DNA of 60,160 bases, filler included. It is 4 parts of 4 records of this genome, joined end to end, with 100 filler letters (N's around TTAATTAATTAA, not from the genome) between each part and the next. Parts side by side here need not be neighbours in the genome. Positions count along the whole stretch, not along the records: positions 8,465 to 34,687 come from DRR723986_8928; 3 more parts are not named here. One strand, given 5' to 3'. Both the position numbers and the translations under genes were made by a program. Positions 21,960 to 31,416 of this stretch are shown one piece after another (the first letter of the stretch is position 1; every line of letters starts with the position of its first letter). The notes beneath the pieces were generated by a model. It ran no database searches, was not told the DNA's origin, and saw only the letters and a program-made list of their open reading frames with translations.

Positions 21960-23006
21960 ATGTTTTCATCTGCACGACAGAGAGATCGCCGCGGAGCCAT
22001 GGTAATCATGGTGGCGATGACGCTAGTGCTACTGTTGGTTGCGGCGGTCTTCTCCATCGACGTTGCCTACATGCACGTTGTTCGCTCTGAACTACGAACT
22101 GCGACAGACGCCGCCGCTCAAGCGGGAAGTGAAGCTTTGGCGCGGACCCAAGATCTGGCCGTTGCTCGTGCCCGAGCGATCGAAGTCGCACAACTGAACA
22201 CCGTCGCCGGCGAGCCGCTGACCATCGACAATTCACAGATTGAAGTCGGAGGAATCCGCCGTGACGCAAGCGGGAAACTGGTCTTTGATCCGGCCGGGTT
22301 GCCGATGACCGCTGTGCGAATCCGTGGTGGACGAACGACCACTGATGCTGACGGAACCGTTGGGCTATTCTTCGCTAGACTGTTTGGAGCGTTTGAGTTC
22401 CAGCCCGTGCAATTTGCAACCGCTTCTTCCGGAGTTCGCGATGTCGCGTTGGTGCTAGACGTCTCCGGATCGATGAATTCCAGGACAGACGCGGGCATAA
22501 CGCGGCTTCAGGCGCTTCAGAATGCGGTGAACATATTCTTGGATGAGGTAGAAACGCTTGGGCCCGCGACACGAGTCTCGCTGACCACCTACGCGACCAG
22601 CCCCGCAAAAGTTCTTGAACTGACGGGCGATCTAGCCAGTGTTCGCGCGGCTGTTGCTAGACTCCGCGCGCGAGGTTTGACAAATATCGGAGGCGGCATT
22701 CAGGTAGGCAGCGACTCAATCGAAAATGACACGCTCGCACGCCCCTTTGCAGACAAGGCGATTGTGGTCATGACCGACGGCAACCACAACAGAGGTCTGA
22801 ATCCTGTTACGGCTGCTCGAAACGCTTCCGCACTGGGACATACCGTACACGCGGTCACGTTTAGCCGTGGTGCAAACCAGCGACGAATGCAGCTAGTTGC
22901 TGCTGAGACAGCCGGTGGCTCGTTCACACACGCCGACGGAGCCGCCGACTTGAGCAACGCGTTCCGTGACATCGCTCGAACTCTGTTTGTGAAATTGATC
23001 GAGTAG
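21960..23006 (+). CDS. TadG-like protein with von Willebrand A domain
   Basis: RRGAMV prepilin-like N-terminus, ELRTATDAAA, MIDAS motif DVSGS, TNIGGG and MTDG. Confidence 0.9.
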   Translation: MFSSARQRDRRGAMVIMVAMTLVLLLVAAVFSIDVAYMHVVRSELRTATDAAAQAGSEALARTQDLAVARARAIEVAQLNTVAGEPLTIDNSQIEVGGIRRDASGKLVFDPAGLPMTAVRIRGGRTTTDADGTVGLFFARLFGAFEFQPVQFATASSGVRDVALVLDVSGSMNSRTDAGITRLQALQNAVNIFLDEVETLGPATRVSLTTYATSPAKVLELTGDLASVRAAVARLRARGLTNIGGGIQVGSDSIENDTLARPFADKAIVVMTDGNHNRGLNPVTAARNASALGHTVHAVTFSRGANQRRMQLVAAETAGGSFTHADGAADLSNAFRDIARTLFVKLIE

Positions 23007-23027
23007 TGGCCCCAAGACCGCCTACGA

Positions 23028-23498
23028 ATGTCACCTGCACGCACAGCCAACAATAAGACCATGTCAGCAATACAAGCTATCAGATCAAATCGACGAAGCC
23101 AAAGATCGAATAGGTGCCCTGAGCGCAACGGTGCGATGGCAGTGGAATTTGCGGTCACGCTACCGGTGCTGCTGCTGCTTGTGTTCGGGATCCTGGAGTT
23201 GAGCCATGCCAACATGGTGCTCAATTCACTCGAAGCGGCGGCCTATGAGGGAGCTAGGAAAGGCATTTTGGAAGGTGCCTCCACCGCCGACTGCGTGAAC
23301 TCGGCGGAGTCCACGTTGCGGATCTGTGGCGTTAGGAATGCCACTATTGCCGTCACGCCCAACAATCTGAACACGGATGAAGCTGCTGAAGCTGTTGAAG
23401 TAACAATCACTTGTGTCTACGGCCAGAACAACATCATTGCGCCATCCTTTACGTCCGGCTTGCAGTTTGTTCGAAGCTGCCGGTTGCAGCGAGAGTAG
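23028..23498 (+). CDS. TadE-like pilin protein
   Basis: RNGAMAVEFA...AAYEGAR motif; start may be 23061. Confidence 0.88.
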   Translation: MSPARTANNKTMSAIQAIRSNRRSQRSNRCPERNGAMAVEFAVTLPVLLLLVFGILELSHANMVLNSLEAAAYEGARKGILEGASTADCVNSAESTLRICGVRNATIAVTPNNLNTDEAAEAVEVTITCVYGQNNIIAPSFTSGLQFVRSCRLQRE

Positions 23499-23529
23499 AC
23501 CGGAACGAACTACCGCGCTGCACTGAGTC

Positions 23530-24270
23530 TCAACCGCTCAGAAGGTCTTTGCAGTAGGTCAGCAGTTCGAGTTCCGCGAGCTCCGATTCGACAGCACATC
23601 GGTCAGGGTTCTCGAGCGTGTCTGCGACGCTTTCAATCAAGAGTTGGGCAAATCGTTCACGGGCTCGGTGAACGATAACCCTTGCATTGCGTGGTGCAAT
23701 CTCACGGCCCAGGAGCCGCGTAAACGTGGCTGATAGCTCTTCGTAATCGGCCGCCGGGCTGGAGACTCTGCTTTTCAGCACAGTGAAGTAACTGTTGCGG
23801 CCTTGTGTTTCTTCCTCACCGAGCAGCTTCCAAGTCCGAGCGAGAAGTTCGTCTTTCCAGTTTTGCTTAAACAGCGAGTCTTCTGCGGCCGCTGCGACAG
23901 TACTAGAATCCGAGGGATCGAAGCCCTCAAGTGCAACCGTTTGTCGCCGTCCTTGTTTGCGAAAGTGACTACGGATGAGGTTGTAGAGAACGGCCTTCAC
24001 GTAGTAGCGAAACTTGCCACGAGTCTTATCAACTCGTTCGAAGTCACCTCGCACGAATCTGAGTGCAAACTCTTGAAACACTTCATCGGCAAGCGAATCG
24101 TCGCGCAGCGAAGCGACCAAGTATCGCTTGATGGCTGCACCGTATCGAGCCAGCAACTCGGTCTGCGCTTCTCGAGCGGTTGCCCCGTCGTCGTGCGCAC
24201 GATCAACAACACTCCATCGCGTCTCGATTCGACTGAGGTGGCTATCAAGATCAAAGGGCTCCTTTGTCAT
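23530..24270 (-). CDS. ECF-type RNA polymerase sigma factor (planctomycete style)
   Basis: TRWSVV, region 2 ADEVFQEF..RGKFRYYVK, region 4 end VHRARERF. Confidence 0.85.
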   Translation of the reverse strand: MTKEPFDLDSHLSRIETRWSVVDRAHDDGATAREAQTELLARYGAAIKRYLVASLRDDSLADEVFQEFALRFVRGDFERVDKTRGKFRYYVKAVLYNLIRSHFRKQGRRQTVALEGFDPSDSSTVAAAAEDSLFKQNWKDELLARTWKLLGEEETQGRNSYFTVLKSRVSSPAADYEELSATFTRLLGREIAPRNARVIVHRARERFAQLLIESVADTLENPDRCAVESELAELELLTYCKDLLSG

Positions 24271-24384
24271 TGATTGCCACCTTCGGATAAAGTTGTCTCG
24301 ATCGCTTCACAAAACTTTCGCTGCCTCCTGCAGCTCGGGTGCAAGTAGCAGTTTGCGTGCGTTGTGAAAAGGCATTTGAGCTAT

Positions 24385-25761
24385 TTAGCCCAGGTACTTC
24401 TCGCGACTTGGTCGGGACATCAGCTTGTTAGCCATGTCGTTGCCCAAGAACATTTCCTTGGATGGATCCCAGCGAAGATCGTCACCAACCATAAGTGCGA
24501 TGTTGCACATGTGGCAGCTCGTCATGGTGCGGTGGTGACTGTAAACGTCCGAGATCGGCTCGGAACGGTCTTTGATGCAATCGAAGAAGTTCTTCATGTG
24601 GCTGGTAATCGGCTTGTCTTTGTAAAGCTTCGCCATCTTCTGTTCGATACGCTTCTTGTCCGCCTCGGTGAGATCCTCGACAGGCTTGCCGGTGATTTTG
24701 CCGCGGTTTACAAAGAATCGACCGTTCTCGCCGACGAACAAGATGCCGTTGGGGAACTTCGTCTTTCCGTCATCTGAGACGTATTCATGGTTTACGTTCA
24801 GCACCGCGCCATTGTCGAATGTTAGGTCAACATTGAACTCAGTGGCGGCGTTGTAGCCGTTCTCGAGTTCAGCCTTTCCTTCGAAGAAGGCGACCCAATC
24901 GAAACCAGTCGGGACGACTTTGCCGAAGCTTCCTTTGCCGCTGATGCTGACCGGCCCGGTTTGGTCCATGCCAATGGCCCATTGAGCGATGTCGATATGG
25001 TGGGCTCCCCAGTCGGTCATTTTGCCGCCGGAATACTCCATGTACCAACGGAAGAACTTACGACGCTCCAGTGAGTAGTCTGCGGCTTGGGCTGGTCCTA
25101 GCCAGAAATCCCAGTCTAGTTTGTCGGGCACATCGCTCGTAGGAAACGGTCCTTCACCAGGTGCTGCACCGATGGCGATGTGAGCGGAAACGTTCTTGCC
25201 GATAAACCCTTCCTGAACCATCGCAACAGCTTGCAGGAACTTCCGGTCCATTTCGGTTCGCTGCTGTGTTCCAACCTGGAAGACCTTTCCAGTTTCTTTG
25301 ACGAGCTTGCAAATATGCTTGCCTTCGTCGATCGTCAGCGTCAGCGGCTTTTCGCAGTAGACGTCGCAGCCGGCACGCAGTGCGTAGCTTGCAATTGGTA
25401 CGTGCCAGTGATCGTTCGTGCCGATGACGACGACATCCGGTTTTTCGGTGTCGATCATCTTCCGATAATCTTTGTACTCGTTCAGCTTCCCGCCAAACAG
25501 TTTGTCGGCGTTGTATTCGGCCGTATGCATTTCGTCGACATCGCAGACGGCAATCGTGCGTCCAAACTTTGCTGCCTGACGTCCAATCGTTCCGCCGCGG
25601 TTGTATCGCCCACGACTGCCTCCAACTCCGATTGCGGCGATGGTCAGGTCGTCATCCTGAGTGGCCGCATTTGCGTCGCTGGTCCAGATGTACGGCGTCG
25701 CAGCTAAGCCGGCGGTGGTGAGCGCTGAATTCTTGAGGAATGTCCGTCTTGTGTTGGTCAT
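24385..25761 (-). CDS. Tat-exported Gfo/Idh/MocA oxidoreductase
   Basis: TRRTFLK Tat motif; CEKP, GTQQR, DWDFWLGPA and DWGAHHID motifs. Confidence 0.93.
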   Translation of the reverse strand: MTNTRRTFLKNSALTTAGLAATPYIWTSDANAATQDDDLTIAAIGVGGSRGRYNRGGTIGRQAAKFGRTIAVCDVDEMHTAEYNADKLFGGKLNEYKDYRKMIDTEKPDVVVIGTNDHWHVPIASYALRAGCDVYCEKPLTLTIDEGKHICKLVKETGKVFQVGTQQRTEMDRKFLQAVAMVQEGFIGKNVSAHIAIGAAPGEGPFPTSDVPDKLDWDFWLGPAQAADYSLERRKFFRWYMEYSGGKMTDWGAHHIDIAQWAIGMDQTGPVSISGKGSFGKVVPTGFDWVAFFEGKAELENGYNAATEFNVDLTFDNGAVLNVNHEYVSDDGKTKFPNGILFVGENGRFFVNRGKITGKPVEDLTEADKKRIEQKMAKLYKDKPITSHMKNFFDCIKDRSEPISDVYSHHRTMTSCHMCNIALMVGDDLRWDPSKEMFLGNDMANKLMSRPSREKYLG

Positions 25762-25875
25762 GGGAATCCGCCCTAAAGAGAATCGTTGTCGAAGATCGTT
25801 AGTAAGATTGTGACAGAAATTAGACTGCTTGTGCAAACGTAATGCTGAATCGCCCCGCCGCACGCCGTCGCTTGT

Positions 25876-26082
25876 TTATGTGTAGGCTAATAGGACGCCA
25901 ATGATAATCAAAGCGAACACCAGGCCGACGCCGACCATCGCTTTGCTCTTGAAATCACTGACGTGGCTGAGCCGTCGCTTAATCCGCTTGTAACGAAGAA
26001 GCATGCCAATCGCAACAGGTAACGCAAGCGGAATGAGCGTCCAAGGGTGCGCGACGATGTAGTCTAAGACCTTTTCCTTCAT
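25876..26082 (-). CDS. Small two-TM hypothetical protein
   Basis: 68 aa with two hydrophobic segments; ATG with AAGGGG upstream; fills the gap between co-oriented genes. Confidence 0.65.
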   Translation of the reverse strand: MKEKVLDYIVAHPWTLIPLALPVAIGMLLRYKRIKRRLSHVSDFKSKAMVGVGLVFALIIIGVLLAYT

Positions 26083-26118
26083 GAGCCCCTTGTCTCCAGC
26101 TCAGATCGCGACCGATGC

Positions 26119-27480
26119 CTACTCAGATCCAAGTGGCTGCCACTTGAAACCGAGTCCTTCGCCGTCGAGCAGTTGCGTTGGCACGGTGCCATAGCGGACT
26201 CGGAACATGGGAGCGTAGTCCTTCATGTAGGCTTCGTTCCCAGCCGGGCAGTACTGTCGACCGTTGCCTTCGATCGCGGCCACATTGGGAAGGTGGCTCG
26301 CAATGGCTGCGGAGTGCAGGAAGGATCCTCCAACGCAGGTCAAATCCTGCACCGCCGTAAACATCTCGTAGTGCGCGGCCGCTGAGGCCATGATGAGTGC
26401 CTCCGACTGCCCCTTACACGCCTTGAGAGCAATGCCAGTGTAGCCGCGCTGACGCGCCAGCCGCAAACTTTCCGGATCGGTCAAAGATTCGTCGATTACA
26501 ATTGGACGCAACCGAGCAATCCGGTGCACGGTCATGTCTGTGCGATCGGTCAAATCGCGTGGCGTGGGCTGTTCAATATACTGCAGCCGGTCAAATGAGA
26601 GCTTGCTCAGTCGCTCGATTCGTTCCAGCAGATCAAGCACGTAGTCTTCACTCGGGCACTGCTCGTTGAAATCGAAACTGAGTTTCCAGTTGCGTTCCGG
26701 AGCGACGATCTCGCAGATGCGTGTTACTTCGACGATCCGTCCAACGTCCCAGTCGATGTTGTTTCCGTCCAGCTTAATTTTCAGGTGCGTGATGCCGTCT
26801 GTGTGCAACCATTGTTCAAGCGTCTCAGGCCAGCCATCATCCAGCTTCTCCTTCAGATCCTGGTCACTCAACGGATCGAGTGCACCGACCAAATGGTAGA
26901 GTGGCATTGTGGGTTTGGGAGCGGCCGAGATGTAGTCTCCGGGAAACTTCCCTGCAAACTCTTCGCCAAGGTAGACGGAAAGGTCGTCGTTGAGGAACTC
27001 GCTCGTCATGCACTGAAATGCATTCGCCCCAAGCCCTCGACCGAACGCATCGTGAATTGCCGCTTCCAAAGGACTGGTAGCCAACATGGCTGCCAGTAGA
27101 GGAATGCCTTCAGCGATCTTCATCTCTGCGACCATATCGGTCACGATACTGTCACGAATCTTGCCGATTTGATGGGTGACCTGAAGTGGGTCTCCTGAGA
27201 GCGCTTCGCCGGAAACCTCCTCAGCGACCCGGTCCGCAAGTTGCAAAAGAATTTTCAGGGTAATTTTGCCGGGGATCTTGCTGGGCCACGCCCAAGCGTT
27301 TCCCATGGTCATTTCCCCAGTGCCAGTGATCTTTTTGCGACTGCCCGCCATCGAAATCGCAACATCGGTCCGGAGAATGCAAACGTCCTCGACCACACGA
27401 CCGCCGAACTTCATTGGTTGGCGATAGGTGAAATTTCCGGTACTGTTTGTGACGCTCTTCAGCGTGATCGTCTTGCCCAT
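26119..27480 (-). CDS. Mandelate racemase/muconate lactonising (enolase superfamily) enzyme
   Basis: KIK catalytic motif and metal ligands DFNE, EQP and DES; KACKG. Confidence 0.88.
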   Translation of the reverse strand: MGKTITLKSVTNSTGNFTYRQPMKFGGRVVEDVCILRTDVAISMAGSRKKITGTGEMTMGNAWAWPSKIPGKITLKILLQLADRVAEEVSGEALSGDPLQVTHQIGKIRDSIVTDMVAEMKIAEGIPLLAAMLATSPLEAAIHDAFGRGLGANAFQCMTSEFLNDDLSVYLGEEFAGKFPGDYISAAPKPTMPLYHLVGALDPLSDQDLKEKLDDGWPETLEQWLHTDGITHLKIKLDGNNIDWDVGRIVEVTRICEIVAPERNWKLSFDFNEQCPSEDYVLDLLERIERLSKLSFDRLQYIEQPTPRDLTDRTDMTVHRIARLRPIVIDESLTDPESLRLARQRGYTGIALKACKGQSEALIMASAAAHYEMFTAVQDLTCVGGSFLHSAAIASHLPNVAAIEGNGRQYCPAGNEAYMKDYAPMFRVRYGTVPTQLLDGEGLGFKWQPLGSE

Positions 27481-27857
27481 GCGGCGGGTGCTTCCAGTCA
27501 ATAATTTGAGTCGCTCGGGATCCCAAAATCGGCTCTGGACGCCCGACGACGTTGCGAAATTCGCTCCTCAGCGTCGTAATCCAGCGAGAATGGTCTCGAT
27601 CCACCGAAAGGGTGGGAGGTGCGCGAAGCTGCATAAACTAGCACATTCCCACGCCAATTGTCAGTCTGGATGTCGTTTCGCCGCATCGGAAGTCCCAGAA
27701 TTGCCGCCTGGATGTTGCCGCCTAGGATAGACCGGCGACTTGGGCCTTTAGATGGAGTTACGGCAATGGGACAAGGCACCGACTCACCACGCGTGGCCCC
27801 ATCATGACGTCCGCCCGTGGTTTCCCAGTTCAGCGTGGCAAGGAGTGTTTTTGATTG

Positions 27858-30800
27858 ATGCGTTACGTCGAACTGCACTGCAAATCGAATTTCTCATTCC
27901 TGGAAGGAGCCTCGCACGCGGACGAACTTCTCCAACGGGCCGAAGAAATAGGCTACGAAGGCCTTGCGATCACCGACCGAAACACGCTCGCCGGCAGCGT
28001 CCGAGGCCACTCGGCGGCAAAGGATCAGTCGATTGCCTACTACGTCGGGGCCGAGATTCATCCCGTTGATGGGCCACCGCTAGTCATCTGGCCTCAGGAT
28101 CGCGCCGGCTACGGGCGACTGAGCCGCCTGATCACTCGAGGTCGGCTTCGCCGTGAAAAGGGCGGCTGTCAGATTACTTGGCAAGATATCTGTGAACTCA
28201 ACCAAGGCTGCCTGGCTGGACTGCTCCTGCGGCAACCAGTCCCCGAGAGTGTGCCAGATTCAGATCAAATTCACCATGCGGACGCCGATGCTTTCCCCTG
28301 GGAAGCCAGCGACAGTCTCACCACCGGGAACGCCATTAGCGACGAGGCCCAGATAGGTGTTCCCGACGCACTCCTCGGATCCGCCTCTTCGCAAATCTTG
28401 GGGGAATCTGAAGTTCTGGGCGGCAAAACCCGCAGCCTTCCCAACGCGGAATTCGATCCCAGCAACGATGGCGATTGGCTGAAGTGGCTGGGCCTGTTCC
28501 GCGAGGTCTTTTCCGATCGCGCTTATCTGCTCACGCAGGCCAACATGGGAGTCAGCGATGCAAACAAACTGTTGCGTCACGCCGCACTCTCCAAGCAATC
28601 CAAGGTCCCACTCTTAGCCAGTGGCGACGTCCATTTCCACTCAGCCGAACGTTCTATCTTGCACGACTGCCTGCTGGCAACTCGCCTGAACACGACGATC
28701 GATGCCGTCGTCTCACAGCGGCTTGGGAATTCTGAATACCATCTCCGTTCCCTCCAGCGATTGCAAGCTTCCTTTGCCGGACACACCGATGCACTCGAGC
28801 GAACGGTAGAAGTAGCCTCACGCATAGACTTCTCCCTTGATCAACTAAGGTACCAATACCCCGAAGAGCTTTCTGAGGACGGACAGAGTCCAATTGACTT
28901 CCTCAAACGAATTTCGTGGGAAGGAGCCAAACGGCGTTACCCAGATGGCGTTCCTGAGAAGATAATTGACGTCCTGCGACATGAACTTCGGCTGATCGAG
29001 AAGTTGCACTACGAGGCTTACTTCTTAACTGTTTGGGATCTAGTGCGATTTGCTCGCAGTCGCGGAATCCTTTGCCAAGGGCGAGGGTCGGCGGCCAACA
29101 GTGCCGTGTGCTACTGCCTTGGCGTCACCAGCGTTGATCCTAGCCGCGTTGATCTGCTGTTCGAACGCTTCATCAGCGAAGAACGCAACGAAGCACCGGA
29201 CATCGACGTCGACTTTGAACATCAACGCCGCGAAGAGGTGTTGCAGTATATTTACGAGAAATACGGTCGCCATCGTGCAGCCATGACGGCAACCGTCACC
29301 ACATACCGAAGCCGCAGCGCGATCCGCGATGTGGGCCGAGCCCTCGGGGTGTCACTTGACCAGATTGATTCCCTCAGCAAATTGATCGACGCTCGCATCG
29401 TAGAAGGCAATTTGACCGACCGGATGGGGCAGTGCGGGCTCGATCCTGAATCGCCAACTGGCCAGCGTTTCCGTTATCTGGTCGAGAACTTGGTCGGATT
29501 TCCCCGACACCTATCGCAACATGTCGGCGGCATGGTGATGACGCAAGACTGGTTGTGCGAAGTCTGTCCGCTGGAAAACGCCGCCATGGAGGGGCGAACC
29601 GTCATCCAATGGGACAAAGATGACCTGGACGAATTGGGCATCTTGAAAGTGGATTGCCTTTCGTTGGGAATGCTCAGTGCAATCCACCGAAGCTTCGACA
29701 TGATACAGCTTCACTATGACCGAGGACTGACCCTGGCAACTGTGCCCGCCGAAGATCCCGATGTCTACGACATGATTTGTGCGGCCGATACGATCGGCGT
29801 CTTTCAAATCGAAAGCCGCGCGCAAATGAGTATGCTGCCACGCTTGCGGCCACGCTCGTTCTACGATCTCGTTATTGAGGTTGCCATCGTGCGCCCCGGG
29901 CCAATCCAGGGGCAAATGGTGCATCCGTACCTAACTGCACGCCGCACCGGCGTCCAGCCCGAATATCCCAGCGAAGCGATTCGTGAAGTGCTCGCGAAGA
30001 CGATGGGAGTTCCCATCTTTCAGGAACAAGCAATGCGACTGGCCGTCGTTGCCGCTGGATTTACACCGGGCGAAGCGGACCAACTGCGAAGGGCCATGGC
30101 CGCTTGGCGGCGGCCGGGGCTAATCGATCAGTTTCACAAGAAGCTAATCGGTGGAATGAAGCAGAACGGTCTCTCAGAGGAATTCGCCGAACGAGTTTAC
30201 ACGCAGATTCGCGGTTTCGGCGAATACGGTTTTCCCGAGTCTCACGCGGCTAGCTTTGCCCTGTTAGTTTACGTTTCCTGCTGGCTGAAACACCACTATC
30301 CCGCCGTCTTTTGCGCATCGATCATCAATAGCCAACCCATGGGGTTCTACGCGCCAGCACAATTGGTGACGGACGCCCGTGAGCATGGAGTCCGGGTGCG
30401 GCCTGTGGACGTGAATTGTAGTTTCTGGGATTGTACACTCGAGCCTTCGTCCACCCGCCGCGATTCAACCGGCCCCAATACAACTCAACAGAGTGCGGAC
30501 CACGAACTGCGATTAGGCATGCGGATGATTCGCGGTCTGCCAGAGCAAGCGGCCATGAGGGTGACGGCGGTTCGCAGTGAGGGTGGCCCCTACCGTGACC
30601 TGGCTGATTTCACGCGAAGAACACAACTAGGCAGCGGCGTTGTCACTCAGCTCGCCGATGCTGGAGCCCTCCAGTCCATTACTGGGGATCGACGTAGTGC
30701 ATATTGGCAGTCGCTATCGCAGGAGCAGAGCGATAATGACCACTCGCTTTTTGCCGCCGCAGGAGTGGACTGCGACGAAGCGCTGCCAGATGCGATTGCA

Positions 30801-31226
30801 CCGATGCAACCTATCGAAGAGGTCTACACGGATTATTCAACCATTGGTTTGTCTCTGCGAGCTCATCCGATCTCGTTTGTCCGCGGGCAATTGGACGCAC
30901 AGCGCGTGACACGTGCACGGGATCTGAAGCAGACACGTGACGGAAAATTCGTGCGTGTTGGAGGTTTGGTTATCCTTCGCCAGCGACCGAGCACTGCGAA
31001 GGGAATAACGTTCGTAACCTTAGAGGATGAGACGGGTTCGATGAACCTTGTCATAACGCCAGAGGTATGGAAGCGTCATTTTCGCGTTGCCAGAACCAGC
31101 AACGCTTGGCTTGTCCACGGAGCCTGCGAGAATCGCGAGGGCATCATCCACGTCGTGGTCGGCAGGGTCGAAGATCTAACCGAATCCGTCGAAGGCCTAG
31201 TTCTCCGCAGTCGTGATTTCCATTAA
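27858..31226 (+). CDS. dnaE2: Error-prone DNA polymerase DnaE2 (ImuC)
   Basis: ELHCKSNFSFLEGASH PHP start; GRGSAANS, PDIDVD, KVDCL and YGFPESHA motifs; diagnostic C-terminal SRDFH. Confidence 0.97.
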   Translation: MRYVELHCKSNFSFLEGASHADELLQRAEEIGYEGLAITDRNTLAGSVRGHSAAKDQSIAYYVGAEIHPVDGPPLVIWPQDRAGYGRLSRLITRGRLRREKGGCQITWQDICELNQGCLAGLLLRQPVPESVPDSDQIHHADADAFPWEASDSLTTGNAISDEAQIGVPDALLGSASSQILGESEVLGGKTRSLPNAEFDPSNDGDWLKWLGLFREVFSDRAYLLTQANMGVSDANKLLRHAALSKQSKVPLLASGDVHFHSAERSILHDCLLATRLNTTIDAVVSQRLGNSEYHLRSLQRLQASFAGHTDALERTVEVASRIDFSLDQLRYQYPEELSEDGQSPIDFLKRISWEGAKRRYPDGVPEKIIDVLRHELRLIEKLHYEAYFLTVWDLVRFARSRGILCQGRGSAANSAVCYCLGVTSVDPSRVDLLFERFISEERNEAPDIDVDFEHQRREEVLQYIYEKYGRHRAAMTATVTTYRSRSAIRDVGRALGVSLDQIDSLSKLIDARIVEGNLTDRMGQCGLDPESPTGQRFRYLVENLVGFPRHLSQHVGGMVMTQDWLCEVCPLENAAMEGRTVIQWDKDDLDELGILKVDCLSLGMLSAIHRSFDMIQLHYDRGLTLATVPAEDPDVYDMICAADTIGVFQIESRAQMSMLPRLRPRSFYDLVIEVAIVRPGPIQGQMVHPYLTARRTGVQPEYPSEAIREVLAKTMGVPIFQEQAMRLAVVAAGFTPGEADQLRRAMAAWRRPGLIDQFHKKLIGGMKQNGLSEEFAERVYTQIRGFGEYGFPESHAASFALLVYVSCWLKHHYPAVFCASIINSQPMGFYAPAQLVTDAREHGVRVRPVDVNCSFWDCTLEPSSTRRDSTGPNTTQQSADHELRLGMRMIRGLPEQAAMRVTAVRSEGGPYRDLADFTRRTQLGSGVVTQLADAGALQSITGDRRSAYWQSLSQEQSDNDHSLFAAAGVDCDEALPDAIAPMQPIEEVYTDYSTIGLSLRAHPISFVRGQLDAQRVTRARDLKQTRDGKFVRVGGLVILRQRPSTAKGITFVTLEDETGSMNLVITPEVWKRHFRVARTSNAWLVHGACENREGIIHVVVGRVEDLTESVEGLVLRSRDFH

Positions 31227-31416
31227 TCACTCAGATAATCCTCCTGCCGCGTCAGCACCTCCATGCATAGCAGGCCGTACACTTGAGACAGCCGTGCCCT
31301 GAATTCGTACAAGTCCGAATGCCGGAATCAACATTCCGGCAGTGGAACTGTCCAAACGGAAGGACAGTCACGCTTGCTTAGAAACTGGTTTGGATGCCGT
31401 GGCGGTTGGCCAACTA

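Noticed and set aside
28236-28475. Possible intein in dnaE2
   Set aside because: No splice-junction residues or endonuclease motifs; reported only as a loop insertion.
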